A stretch of 59,571 nucleotides of DNA, the filler included. It is 4 parts of 4 records of this genome, joined end to end, with 100 filler letters (N's around TTAATTAATTAA, not from the genome) between each part and the next. Parts side by side here need not be neighbours in the genome. Positions count along the whole stretch, not along the records: positions 1 to 21,566 come from SRR31156797_1891; 3 more parts are not named here. One strand, given 5' to 3'. The translations under genes were made by a program, and so were the position numbers. Position 1 is the first letter of the stretch. Each line of letters starts with the position of its first letter. A model generated the notes under the pieces. That model was not told where the DNA came from. It did no database searches and was given only the letters and a program-made list of their open reading frames with translations. Positions 10,539-20,242 of the stretch are shown here, piece by piece.

Positions 10539-11825
10539 ATGACGCTGCAGGATATACTTCTTATTATCATACGAGTTGCTTTCGGAGCATTTGTCCCGCT
10601 CTGTTTTGTAGCTGTCTCTGTATGGATGGAACGGCGAGGCGCTTCTTTTATCCAGGATCGCTCTGGACCTAACCGCGCTAATATACTTGGTTTCCGTGCT
10701 GGTGGACTTATCCAGAACCTAGCGGATGCTGTAAAATTATTTTTTAAGGAAGACGTAATTCCAGGGCATATTAAACACAAATTTTATTTCGTGCTTGCGC
10801 CTATTATTGTGTGTGTAACAGCTCTCGTCTCCTTTGCTGTGGTACCTTTTGCTGATACTTTGGTATTAAATGGAAAAGAGTACATGATGCAGGCAATTCC
10901 GACTGATTTAGGGATCCTTTGGTTCCTTGCCATTGCCGGATTTGCTGTATACGGGATTATCCTTGCTGGATGGTCATCCCACAATAAATACGGAATGCTT
11001 GGTGGGCTTCGATCTGCTGCACAGGTTATCAGTTATGAAATTCCTTTAGTACTGGCCGTCATCAGTCTGCTAGTCGTGTATGGAACTGTTAATCTTAATG
11101 AAATGGCTCAGTTTCAAGGGCAATTACTTTTTGGTTTCATCCCCATGTGGGGAGTTATTCTCCAACCCCTCGGAGTAATAATTTTTGTTATTGCTGCATT
11201 TGCAGAAGCTAACCGGACACCTTTTGATCTTGCAGAAGGCGAAAGTGAGATCGTCGCCGGCTTCCATGTTGAATATAGTGGTTTAAAATTTACTATCTTT
11301 TTCATGGGCGAATACGTAGCAATGTTCGCATCAAGTGCCATTATTGTTACTTTGTACTTCGGTGGGTATCAGATTCCCTGGTTTAATACCGCGACGCTCA
11401 TTAAGTATGCTGTTCCTGTAACACTACTAGTGATGATTGCAACTCCAGTTGCCGCAAAATTTGTAGCATCCTGGATTCGTAAAAACAATGTCAGTCATTA
11501 TGAACGGGAAAATGATCCTCGAGTAAAGGAAGCCAATGTATATATTAAAATAGTTTGGGGTGCGGTAATTCTCCTCGAAGCTATTTTATTCCTCTATCTT
11601 GTTTTTGCATCAGGTGGAGCTGCAGACAATATCCTTGTTGCTTGTATCCAAATTTGCACTTTCCTCGCAAAAACCACTTGCATGTTGTTTGTATATGTAT
11701 GGGTACGTTGGACCTTGCCTCGTTTTCGTTATGACCAGTTACAGAAGTTGGGATGGAATATATTGTTACCGCTCTCTCTTCTGAATATTTTTGTAACCAG
11801 CGCTATTGTAGTTGCGTTGAGCTAA
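10539..11825 (+). CDS. nuoH: NADH-quinone oxidoreductase subunit H
   Basis: ERR..QDRSGPNR, AEANRTPFDLAEGESEIVAGFHVEYSG, RWTLPRFRYDQL. Confidence 0.96.
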   Translation: MTLQDILLIIIRVAFGAFVPLCFVAVSVWMERRGASFIQDRSGPNRANILGFRAGGLIQNLADAVKLFFKEDVIPGHIKHKFYFVLAPIIVCVTALVSFAVVPFADTLVLNGKEYMMQAIPTDLGILWFLAIAGFAVYGIILAGWSSHNKYGMLGGLRSAAQVISYEIPLVLAVISLLVVYGTVNLNEMAQFQGQLLFGFIPMWGVILQPLGVIIFVIAAFAEANRTPFDLAEGESEIVAGFHVEYSGLKFTIFFMGEYVAMFASSAIIVTLYFGGYQIPWFNTATLIKYAVPVTLLVMIATPVAAKFVASWIRKNNVSHYERENDPRVKEANVYIKIVWGAVILLEAILFLYLVFASGGAADNILVACIQICTFLAKTTCMLFVYVWVRWTLPRFRYDQLQKLGWNILLPLSLLNIFVTSAIVVALS

Positions 11826-11837
11826 TAGGGAGAAGCC

Positions 11838-12362
11838 ATGAGCATTAAAGTTAAAACCATAGTGCGTAACGGCAGGAGCTGGCAGGAGCGGCTCTATCTC
11901 ATTGAGGTTTTTAAGGGTATGGCCACAACATTCCGGCACTTCATATCCAACTTTCTAGATAATTCTAAGCTTGTAGTAAGACATTATCCAGAAGTTAAAC
12001 CTGAGATCACACCGCGCTGGAGGGGACGCCATAGATTGACGACCCACGAAGATAGCACGATTAAGTGTGTTGCTTGTTACATGTGTCAGACGAATTGTCC
12101 TGCCCAGTGCATCCAAATCGAAGCCGGTGAAAGAAGTGACGACCGAACTGAGAAGGTGCCTGTAAAATTCGATATTGATCTTCTGGAATGTATTTATTGC
12201 GGATATTGCGTAGAAGCATGCCCAATGGATGCAATACGGATGGATTCTGGCATTTTCTCGGTAACAGCCAGTACGCGTGAAGAGATGAAAATGAGTATTG
12301 ACCAACTTCGCTCAACTCAAGGTGCATTCAGCGAAGAAGAGTACAAGAAAGGGGGCGCTTGA
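11838..12362 (+). CDS. nuoI: NADH-quinone oxidoreductase subunit I
   Basis: RWRGRH, two CxxCxxCxxxCP motifs. Confidence 0.96.
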   Translation: MSIKVKTIVRNGRSWQERLYLIEVFKGMATTFRHFISNFLDNSKLVVRHYPEVKPEITPRWRGRHRLTTHEDSTIKCVACYMCQTNCPAQCIQIEAGERSDDRTEKVPVKFDIDLLECIYCGYCVEACPMDAIRMDSGIFSVTASTREEMKMSIDQLRSTQGAFSEEEYKKGGA

Positions 12363-12366
12363 TATC

Positions 12367-12876
12367 ATGTTAATCGATGGGCTTTTCATTCTATTTACAG
12401 TTTTAGCTGTAACTGGAGCGGCTGGGTTGGTCTTGTTTAAGCATCCGATGAATGGTGCAATGAGCTTTTTAGTCACGCTCATTTCACTGGCAGGGCTTTA
12501 TGCATTGTTGTCTGCAAAATTAATATTTGCCATACAACTCTTAGTGTATGCTGGTGCGATCATGTCATTCATCCTTTTTGTCATCATGTTCCTGAATATA
12601 CAGGAAGAGGACTTACCTACAGAAGAGGGCAGGTTCAAATATCTGATTGGCGGTGTAATCATTGTCGCTCCTATCGGATTGTTTTTGTCCAGAGTTATTA
12701 AAAGTTTTCCGGGTGCTGATACAATTATAACAGTTGAAGGATTTGGCGGGATAAAGGAAGTCGGGCTCATTTTGTTTAGAGAGTGGCTGCTCCCCTTTGA
12801 AATCGTTTCTATTCTTCTCCTCGTATCCCTGGTTGGGGCAGTCGTACTTGCTGGAACAAGGAGGATCGCAAAATGA
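12367..12876 (+). CDS. nuoJ: NADH-quinone oxidoreductase subunit J
   Basis: [21 protein letters not shown]. Likely ATG at 12367, just after the nuoI stop. Confidence 0.94.
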   Translation: MLIDGLFILFTVLAVTGAAGLVLFKHPMNGAMSFLVTLISLAGLYALLSAKLIFAIQLLVYAGAIMSFILFVIMFLNIQEEDLPTEEGRFKYLIGGVIIVAPIGLFLSRVIKSFPGADTIITVEGFGGIKEVGLILFREWLLPFEIVSILLLVSLVGAVVLAGTRRIAK

Positions 12877-13169
12877 TTCAGAGTTATCTCACCGTGAGTA
12901 TCCTGCTCTTTTGTATCGGTATTGTCGGGGTCATATCTCGTAGGAATGTTTTTACCGTATTCATGTCTATTGAGCTCATGCTGAATGCAGCTAACCTTGC
13001 TTTTGTCACCTTTGCCAGGTTGCACGAAACTATGGATGGTCACGTTCTCGCACTGATAGTAATGGCTGTAGCCGCCGCTGAGGCAGGTCTTGCTCTTGCT
13101 GTCGTTATTCTGCTGCATAAGCATAAAGGCCAGTTGGATACCAATGTATTCAGCCTGTTAAAAGGGTGA
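12873..13169 (+). CDS. nuoK: NADH-quinone oxidoreductase subunit K
   Basis: [22 protein letters not shown]. Confidence 0.96.
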   Translation: MIQSYLTVSILLFCIGIVGVISRRNVFTVFMSIELMLNAANLAFVTFARLHETMDGHVLALIVMAVAAAEAGLALAVVILLHKHKGQLDTNVFSLLKG

Positions 13170-13173
13170 TTTC

Positions 13174-15087
13174 ATGGAACATAATGTAACATTTCTCGGA
13201 TATATCCCGCTTCTCCCACTGATAGGGGCAGCCGTTATCGGTCTCCTTCACATTGGGACTTGCAATCGTAAACCATTAAACGAAAAATTTTACGGGCTCA
13301 TTGCGTGTGTTGGACCTATACTTGCCTTTGTTCTGGCACTGCGTGTGTTTTTTACACTCAAAGGGATGCCAGAAGAGGCGCGTTACCTGAGCCAAAAAGC
13401 ATTTACCTGGTTTCAGGTAGGTGATCTTGACATTACAATGGGCTTTTTGGCAGATCCGCTGAGTTCGTTAATGATCTTATTTGTCACCCTTATAGGTTCT
13501 TTGATCCATATCTACTCGATTGGGTATATGGGGGGGGATAAGAATTATGGTAAATTCTTTGCGTATCTTAACCTGTTCCTTGGCAGTATGCTGATTCTCG
13601 TCCTTGGCGATAACCCTGTCGTCATGTTTGTCGGTTGGGAAGGTGTTGGACTCTGCTCTTATCTGTTGATTAGCTTCTATTCAGAAGATACTAATAATGT
13701 ACTTGCAGGAAACAAAGCCTTTATCGTTAACCGGATAGGTGACCTTGGATTTGTTTTAGGGATGGCTTTTCTCTTCTGGGCTATTGGAGCCGGTGGCTTT
13801 GACTATTTCTCTCTCAAAGCAAATGCACATAGTCTCACACCTGGGATTGCTTTAGCTGTTTGCTTGCTTCTCTTTGTTGGAGCAACCGGTAAATCTGCTC
13901 AGATTCCACTCTATGTTTGGTTGCCTGATGCAATGGCCGGTCCAACTCCGGTATCTGCTCTTATCCATGCTGCTACGATGGTAACGGCTGGTGTGTATAT
14001 GGTAGCAAGGTTCAGCTTCATATACGCGCATGTGCCGGTAGCAGGTGAGATTGTCGCCTGGATTGGTATCCTTACCGCGCTTGTTGCTGCCATCTTCGGC
14101 ATGTTCCAGGACGATATTAAAAAGATCCTGGCTTATTCCACAGTGAGCCAGCTTGGTTATATGTTTGCAGGTGTTGGTGTTGCTGCATATTCAGCAGGCA
14201 TTTTTCACGTCTTTACCCATGCATTTTTTAAAGCACTACTCTTCCTCGGTGCTGGTGCTGTCATATACGCTATGCACCACGAACAAAACATCTGGAAGAT
14301 GGGTGGTTTGAAAAAGAAAATGCCTAAAACCTATATCACCATGGTCATCGGTGCTTTAGCCCTTGCAGGATGTCCTCCTTTTGCCGGTTTTTTCAGTAAG
14401 GATGAAATTCTTTTCTCAACACTTGCCACCGGACACTATGGAATATGGGCTATAGGTGTCTTAGTAGCAGGAATGACTGCCTATTATACTTTCCGTATGA
14501 TTTTTGTTGTTTTTCATGGTGAGCCTCGTGATCAAGAAGCATACGATCACTGCCATGAAGCACCTGCTGTGATGACGGTACCACTGATCATTTTAGCTGT
14601 AGGTGCCTTGTTTGCTGGTTTTCTTAACCTACCAGCCATTTTTGGTGGTCACCAATTGGTTTCCCACTGGCTTGCTCCAAGTTTAGTTGAGCATCATCCG
14701 CATGTCAGCATCTTTATTGAAATTATTGCAATTGGTGCCAGTGTTGCTGCATTTATTGTCGGTATCCGTATCGCCTATAAACGATTTGCCACCGGAGCTG
14801 AAGAGCCTCAATTCTCAGGTTTCAGCAAATTTGCCTACCATAAGTTTTATATCGATGAACTGTATGATGGAGTATTTGTCCAGCCATACAAAAAAATTGG
14901 TAATGCTATTCGTAAGACAATTGAACCTTCTGTCACCGATGCACCAGTAACGCTCGCTGCTAAGCTGTACATGGTCATAGGAACTGCGTTTAAAGTCTTT
15001 CAGGTTGGATATGTTAGGGTATACGCCATTTACATGATCGTTGGGCTGAGCTTGATAAGCCTATTACTGTCACAATCGCTGAACTAG
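13174..15087 (+). CDS. nuoL: NADH-quinone oxidoreductase subunit L
   Basis: GWEGVGLCSYLLI, GKSAQIPLYVWLPDAMAGPTPVSALIHAATMV, THAFFKALLFL. Confidence 0.97.
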   Translation: MEHNVTFLGYIPLLPLIGAAVIGLLHIGTCNRKPLNEKFYGLIACVGPILAFVLALRVFFTLKGMPEEARYLSQKAFTWFQVGDLDITMGFLADPLSSLMILFVTLIGSLIHIYSIGYMGGDKNYGKFFAYLNLFLGSMLILVLGDNPVVMFVGWEGVGLCSYLLISFYSEDTNNVLAGNKAFIVNRIGDLGFVLGMAFLFWAIGAGGFDYFSLKANAHSLTPGIALAVCLLLFVGATGKSAQIPLYVWLPDAMAGPTPVSALIHAATMVTAGVYMVARFSFIYAHVPVAGEIVAWIGILTALVAAIFGMFQDDIKKILAYSTVSQLGYMFAGVGVAAYSAGIFHVFTHAFFKALLFLGAGAVIYAMHHEQNIWKMGGLKKKMPKTYITMVIGALALAGCPPFAGFFSKDEILFSTLATGHYGIWAIGVLVAGMTAYYTFRMIFVVFHGEPRDQEAYDHCHEAPAVMTVPLIILAVGALFAGFLNLPAIFGGHQLVSHWLAPSLVEHHPHVSIFIEIIAIGASVAAFIVGIRIAYKRFATGAEEPQFSGFSKFAYHKFYIDELYDGVFVQPYKKIGNAIRKTIEPSVTDAPVTLAAKLYMVIGTAFKVFQVGYVRVYAIYMIVGLSLISLLLSQSLN

Positions 15088-15099
15088 GTAGGTGTAACA

Positions 15100-16632
15100 A
15101 TGTTTGAACACGTTCTATCTGTGATGATTTTCCTGCCCATAGCTGCAGGACTAATTTTACTGCTTACGCCGGCCGGGAAAGGTCTAGCTCGATTAACCGG
15201 GCTAGTAATTTCTTTTGCTAGTCTTATCCTCGGCCTTGACATTTTCTTTCAATTTAAAAATCAGGCCGCATTGCAATTTGTTGAAAATGTGCCTTGGATT
15301 CCCGCATGGGGTGTAAATTACCATCTTGGTTTGGATGGCATCAGCTTGTTTGTTTTACTTGCCGGTGCCATACTGCTGCCAATGGTGTATCTCCTCTTTT
15401 CTACCAAAGAAAAAGGGTATTATGCCAACCTGCTGATAGTGCAGGGTGCAATGGCAGGGGCTTTATGTGCTGCTGATATGGTATTGTTTTACATTTTTTG
15501 GGAAATCATGCTTCTCCCTGTGTTCTTCATGCTCGGTTTGTATGGTGGAGAGAACAGGATCAAAGCTACCTTGAAAATCACTATCTATACGATTGCTGGT
15601 TCATTACTGATGCTGGCTTCCATCATTTATGTTGGAGTTACGTATCACGCGCAGTTTGGTGAGTGGAATTTTGCTATTTCTCAAATGTCTCAGCTGCAAC
15701 TAGCAGGACCGGTTGCTGTACTCGCTTTTTTTGGATTTATGATTGCTTTTGCAATCAAAATTCCACTGTTTCCTTTTCACACCTGGTTACCTGACGCATA
15801 TACAGAAGCACCTACAGCTACGACATTTGTTTTGTCAGCAATAATGGCCAAAATTGGTGTCTATGCAGTTATCCGTTTTGTAGTGCCAGTATTTGATGGA
15901 GAGTTTGCCCGATTTGCCCTGTTACTCGCATACTCTGGAGTTATCGGCATGATGTACTGTGGTATAACAGCTATCGCCCAGAAAGATATTAAACGTATGA
16001 TGGCTTTCTCCTCAGCATCGCATATGGGGATTATTGCACTTGGTGTTTTTTGTCTCAATGTACAGGCATTGACCGGAAGTATTTATCAAATCGTTGCCCA
16101 CGCCACGAGTACAGGTGTCCTGTTCCTCTTTGTTGGGATAATTGAAGATAAAATGAAAACTCGTAAAATTGAAGATCTTGGTGGGATAGCTTATAAAGCG
16201 CCTGTCTTTGCCTTCTTTTTTGCAATTGCCATGCTTGCCTCAGTTGGTCTTCCAGGTACCTCTGGTTTTATTGGCGAATTTCTCATTATCTTAGGTGCTA
16301 TCAAGTTTAACGTACTGATAGGTGTACTCGCCGGTACGACTCTCATTATTGGTGTCTGTTACATGTTGTGGATGTTTCAACGTGTATTTTTTGAAAAGAC
16401 CAATGATCGGACGGAGGGATTTAGTGATTTGAGCATTAAAGAAGGACTCACTTTCTTGCCAGTGATTGTTCTCATCGTTATCATGGGGCTTTATCCCCAA
16501 CCGTTTCTCAGCAAAATTGAACCTGCGGCACAGCAGCAGTTAGCTTCTGTAACCAACGCAGACTCAGCACAAATAGCTCAAAGTACTCACGCCCAACTGT
16601 CAGAAGGGCATACAGTCGAAAAGAAGAATTAA
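15100..16632 (+). CDS. nuoM: NADH-quinone oxidoreductase subunit M
   Basis: FYIFWE, KIPLFPFHTWLPDA, GLPGTSGFIGEF. Confidence 0.96.
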   Translation: MFEHVLSVMIFLPIAAGLILLLTPAGKGLARLTGLVISFASLILGLDIFFQFKNQAALQFVENVPWIPAWGVNYHLGLDGISLFVLLAGAILLPMVYLLFSTKEKGYYANLLIVQGAMAGALCAADMVLFYIFWEIMLLPVFFMLGLYGGENRIKATLKITIYTIAGSLLMLASIIYVGVTYHAQFGEWNFAISQMSQLQLAGPVAVLAFFGFMIAFAIKIPLFPFHTWLPDAYTEAPTATTFVLSAIMAKIGVYAVIRFVVPVFDGEFARFALLLAYSGVIGMMYCGITAIAQKDIKRMMAFSSASHMGIIALGVFCLNVQALTGSIYQIVAHATSTGVLFLFVGIIEDKMKTRKIEDLGGIAYKAPVFAFFFAIAMLASVGLPGTSGFIGEFLIILGAIKFNVLIGVLAGTTLIIGVCYMLWMFQRVFFEKTNDRTEGFSDLSIKEGLTFLPVIVLIVIMGLYPQPFLSKIEPAAQQQLASVTNADSAQIAQSTHAQLSEGHTVEKKN

Positions 16633-16647
16633 GGCCAGGGGCTAATC

Positions 16648-18066
16648 ATGACCAACGATTTTATGTTACTAATGCCGCTGATACTCATTACAGCGGGCGC
16701 CATTTCGTTAATGCTGGTGGCAGCATTCGAAAAGGTTACTATTGAACAGGCTGCATATGGCTGTATGGGGATTTTCGGTATCGCATTCCTCGTACAACTC
16801 TCTAACTGTATTACAGGGCACGTAACCCCCTATGAAACTGTTTTTAACAACATGCTTGTTATCAGCAATTTTACGAGGGTTGCCGGTCTTATAATTCTTG
16901 GTTGCGGGTTCTTCACTGCTATGAGTGCCCAGACCTACTTTAAACAGAACAAATTTTGTACTATCGAATTCTACAGTCTCATTGCTTTTTCAGCCTGTGG
17001 AATGCTCCTGTTGACCATGGTTCAAGAACTTATCTCGGTCTTTATAGCGCTTGAGATTATGTCACTTGCCATTTATATTCTTGTCGGTTATGACCGGCAA
17101 AATAAAACAGCAGCAGAGGCTGTCATGAAGTACCTCATGCTTGGTGCCTTCGCAGGAGCTTTTTTTACAATGGGAGCTGCTCTCATTTATGGTGGTGCAC
17201 AATCGACTCAATTTTCTAGCATCGGACAATTCGTCGCAAAAAATGGTTTTTTTAATAATCCCGCGCTTGTTGCAGGGTCCTTTTTTGTATTGGTTGCATT
17301 TTTATTCAAAGTTGCTGCCTTCCCGTTCCATGCTTGGGTTATCGATGTTTACGATGGTGCATCCACGCCAATAACAGGTTATATGGCTACCGGCCTTAAA
17401 ACCGCAATATTTGCTGTATTTGCGAACTTTCTGGTAGCTGACGAGAGCCTCCGAAGCAGCTGGGTGAACTACCTGTTTTACTTTTCTGTGTTTACCATGT
17501 TTGTTGGTAACCTGATCGCAATTGGTCAGAACACCCTTAAAAGAATGCTTGCTGCATCTGGTATTGTCCATACCGGCTACTTACTCATTGCGCTTGTCGC
17601 AATTAGTGCTGACAATTTTTCCGGTAATGTAATTCTTTACTATCTTGCAGCTTATGCTGTCGGTACTCTTGGTATGTTTGCTGCTCTTTCATACCTTGGT
17701 GGTGAGGGTGAAAAGAGACAAAGCTTTGATGACTTTAAAGGGCTTGCTCGTGTTCGTCCTTTTTCCGCTGCAGCTATTACCATATTTCTGCTCTCAATGG
17801 CAGGCATACCACCAACAGCTGGCTTCATGGGGAAATTCTTTATCATTACCAGTGCCATAGATGCTGGCCAGATTAGCTTGGCAGTGTTTGGTATAATCAG
17901 CAGTATACTTTCAATGTGGTATTATCTGCGATTAATAATTAGCATGTACTTTCATGAAGCAACTGACACTTTTGAAGATACCACAGTCAATGCATTGGCA
18001 CCGATCGGTACCTTTATTCTAGCCGCGTGTGTTTTGGTTATTGGCTTGTATCCAGTAATTGTTTAA
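16648..18066 (+). CDS. nuoN: NADH-quinone oxidoreductase subunit N
   Basis: ALEIMSL, EAVMKYL, FKVAAFPFHAW, LSMAGIPPTAGFMGKF. Confidence 0.96.
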   Translation: MTNDFMLLMPLILITAGAISLMLVAAFEKVTIEQAAYGCMGIFGIAFLVQLSNCITGHVTPYETVFNNMLVISNFTRVAGLIILGCGFFTAMSAQTYFKQNKFCTIEFYSLIAFSACGMLLLTMVQELISVFIALEIMSLAIYILVGYDRQNKTAAEAVMKYLMLGAFAGAFFTMGAALIYGGAQSTQFSSIGQFVAKNGFFNNPALVAGSFFVLVAFLFKVAAFPFHAWVIDVYDGASTPITGYMATGLKTAIFAVFANFLVADESLRSSWVNYLFYFSVFTMFVGNLIAIGQNTLKRMLAASGIVHTGYLLIALVAISADNFSGNVILYYLAAYAVGTLGMFAALSYLGGEGEKRQSFDDFKGLARVRPFSAAAITIFLLSMAGIPPTAGFMGKFFIITSAIDAGQISLAVFGIISSILSMWYYLRLIISMYFHEATDTFEDTTVNALAPIGTFILAACVLVIGLYPVIV

Positions 18067-18147
18067 ATTGTTCTCATCGTAAGCAAATACTTCGAAGCGC
18101 TTGCTCTATTGCGCTGATCGAGACTTTATTTAAAAGGAGTATGGAAC

Positions 18148-18594
18148 ATGAAAGTTAAAGATATACTTAAAGTTAAAGGAACTGAAGTACATACTATACA
18201 TCAGGATGCAACTTTGATGGCAGCATCTGACAAGTTCTTTACCGAGAAAATCGGTTCTTTGCTGGTCGTTGATGATAGCGACGCTATTCAAGGTATAATA
18301 GCACCAAATGATATTTTGAAAGCGATTCAGGAAGGATGTACTGATGAAAATTGCGCTTTACAGAAAGTCAGTCGTGTAATGAGTAAAGACATCCTTGCTG
18401 CTTCAGAAGAGGATAGTATTGACTACATTCAGGCTATCATGACTGAAAATCGGATTCGTCATATTCCTATCATGGACAAGGATCAACTCAAAGGGCTTGT
18501 ATCCATTGGTGATGTTGTAAAGGCGCTCATCAAAGACAAGGAAGTAGAGAATCATTACCTTAAGGATTATATTTCTGGGAAATATCCTGCCTGA
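18148..18594 (+). CDS. Stand-alone CBS-pair (Bateman) protein
   Basis: MKVKDILKVKG..IGSLLVVD..MTENRIRHIPI..GLVSIGDVVK; AAGGAG RBS. Confidence 0.92.
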   Translation: MKVKDILKVKGTEVHTIHQDATLMAASDKFFTEKIGSLLVVDDSDAIQGIIAPNDILKAIQEGCTDENCALQKVSRVMSKDILAASEEDSIDYIQAIMTENRIRHIPIMDKDQLKGLVSIGDVVKALIKDKEVENHYLKDYISGKYPA

Positions 18595-18644
18595 TTTAAG
18601 GCAATATAACCGGCTGCGAGGCGTTAAAAGCAGTTTCGGTTGAG

Positions 18645-18680
18645 AAGGGAAAGTTTACTCGTAAACTTTCCCTTTTTTTA
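18645..18680 (+). terminator. Rho-independent terminator after the nuo-CBS genes
   Basis: AAGGGAAAGTTTAC-TC-GTAAACTTTCCCTT inverted repeat followed by a T run. Confidence 0.85.
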
Positions 18681-19161
18681 TTTGTATACGTTTAGATTTA
18701 TCTTGATATATCATTTTAACAGAAAAAGTTTTCTGTTTTGATTGAGTCGTCTTCTCACACTAAAAATTGTAACGGTTGGTCATCAAACCACTCACTAATT
18801 CGCCACTTGATAGAGATCTGGTTGTTTTCGATGGGTTAATTAAGAGGGATGTGGTTGATGCCTGACGAGTTGTGAATAGATGTCAAATAAGGGAAGATAA
18901 TAGAAAAAGTCAGGTGCGTGGTTAAAAGAGTATTCTGGTGTGATCAGATATATAATTACCCATAGGAAGAGTAGTTAAGGAGGAGATAGGGGCGGCTGCG
19001 GGTGGCTTCTTGGTACTGTAAATTAGAAGGGCTGGAGACAAGTAAAAATTATGCTTGTTTTGTACCAAAAAAGGTGCACCAAATTATATGCTTTAATAAT
19101 CAATTGGTGCACCAACTGTTGACTAGCTCACAGTTCGGTAAGAAGATCTGCTGTCCAATAA

Positions 19162-20151
19162 TTAGAAGAGAAGATCTGATCCAAGAATGGAGACGAGTTC
19201 ATCTGCTGCTCTGGTCGGAGCTTTTTGGCCGCTTTCAACCGCAGCGGAGATGCTGGGCAACACTTTTTTGATCTCTTCGTTATTATAGAACCAGCTTTCC
19301 AGGCCTTCCTTGACCAGAAACCACATCCAGGACATTGCCTGATCTTTTCGTTTGTCATCAAGTTCGCCGGTGGCTGACATGATTTTTTTATGTTGCTTAA
19401 TGGTATCCCAAGCTTTCTCCAGTCCAATTTGTTCCAGAGCACTGCATGTCATTACAGGGGGAGACCAGTTAGGTGAAGATGGTGTTACTAGGTGGAGAGC
19501 TGTTTCATATTGCTTCTTAGCCAATTTTGCTCGGGTAACATTATCACCGTCTGCTTTGTTGACCACGATAGCATCTGCTACTTCCAGGACACCTTTTTTT
19601 ATACCTTGGAGTTCATCTCCTGCGCCTGAAATTTGTAAAACCATAAAAAAATCGACCATTGAAGCTACAGTGGTCTCAGATTGCCCGACACCTACAGTTT
19701 CAACAATGATTACGTCAAAACCTGCTGCTTCGCACAAGAGCATGGTTTCACGAGTTTTCCGGGCGACACCACCCAGACTGCCGCCGGATGGAGAGGGACG
19801 AATAAAAGCCATTTCATTAATGGCAAGCTGTTCCATTCTGGTTTTATCTCCGAGAATAGAACCTCCGCTTCGGGTACTGCTGGGATCGATTGCTAACACA
19901 GCGACACGAAACCCCAGTCCGGTGAGCATTGTACCAAAACTTTCAATAAAGGTGCTTTTTCCCGCACCTGGAACACCGGTAATACCCAGCCTGACTGCCT
20001 TACCTGTATGGGGAAGCAGTTCACTAATGACATTTCTAGCAATATCCTGATGCGTCTGCAGGGTGCTCTCAATGAGCGTAATGGTCCGAGCAAGCGTCAG
20101 GCGGTTATGATCGAGAACACCTTGAATAAAGTAGCTGGGATCTTTGTACAT
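19162..20151 (-). CDS. meaB: Methylmalonyl-CoA mutase-associated GTPase MeaB/ArgK
   Basis: GITGVPGAGKST, DPSS..GGSILGDKTRM, VETVGVGQSE, NKAD; adjacent to the mutase. Confidence 0.96.
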   Translation of the reverse strand: MYKDPSYFIQGVLDHNRLTLARTITLIESTLQTHQDIARNVISELLPHTGKAVRLGITGVPGAGKSTFIESFGTMLTGLGFRVAVLAIDPSSTRSGGSILGDKTRMEQLAINEMAFIRPSPSGGSLGGVARKTRETMLLCEAAGFDVIIVETVGVGQSETTVASMVDFFMVLQISGAGDELQGIKKGVLEVADAIVVNKADGDNVTRAKLAKKQYETALHLVTPSSPNWSPPVMTCSALEQIGLEKAWDTIKQHKKIMSATGELDDKRKDQAMSWMWFLVKEGLESWFYNNEEIKKVLPSISAAVESGQKAPTRAADELVSILGSDLLF

Positions 20152-20185
20152 GATGGTACTCTCAGGGAAAAATTTTGGAGGGAAG

Positions 20186-20219
20186 ACAGACGGGCAACCT
20201 GGTGCTGCTGCCCGTCTGT
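20186..20219. promoter_or_regulatory. GC-rich hairpin between the mutase and meaB
   Basis: ACAGACGGGCA (20186-20196) pairs with TGCCCGTCTGT (20209-20219). No poly-U tail on the coding (-) strand, so more likely an mRNA-stability or attenuation stem than a terminator. Confidence 0.55.
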
Positions 20220-20242
20220 TGCATCAGTAGTTGAGTTACTGA

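Noticed and set aside
19002..19271. 89-aa ORF near a strong AAGGAGG
   Set aside because: The SD is too far from the GTG, the ORF overlaps the meaB 3' end, and it has no recognisable features.
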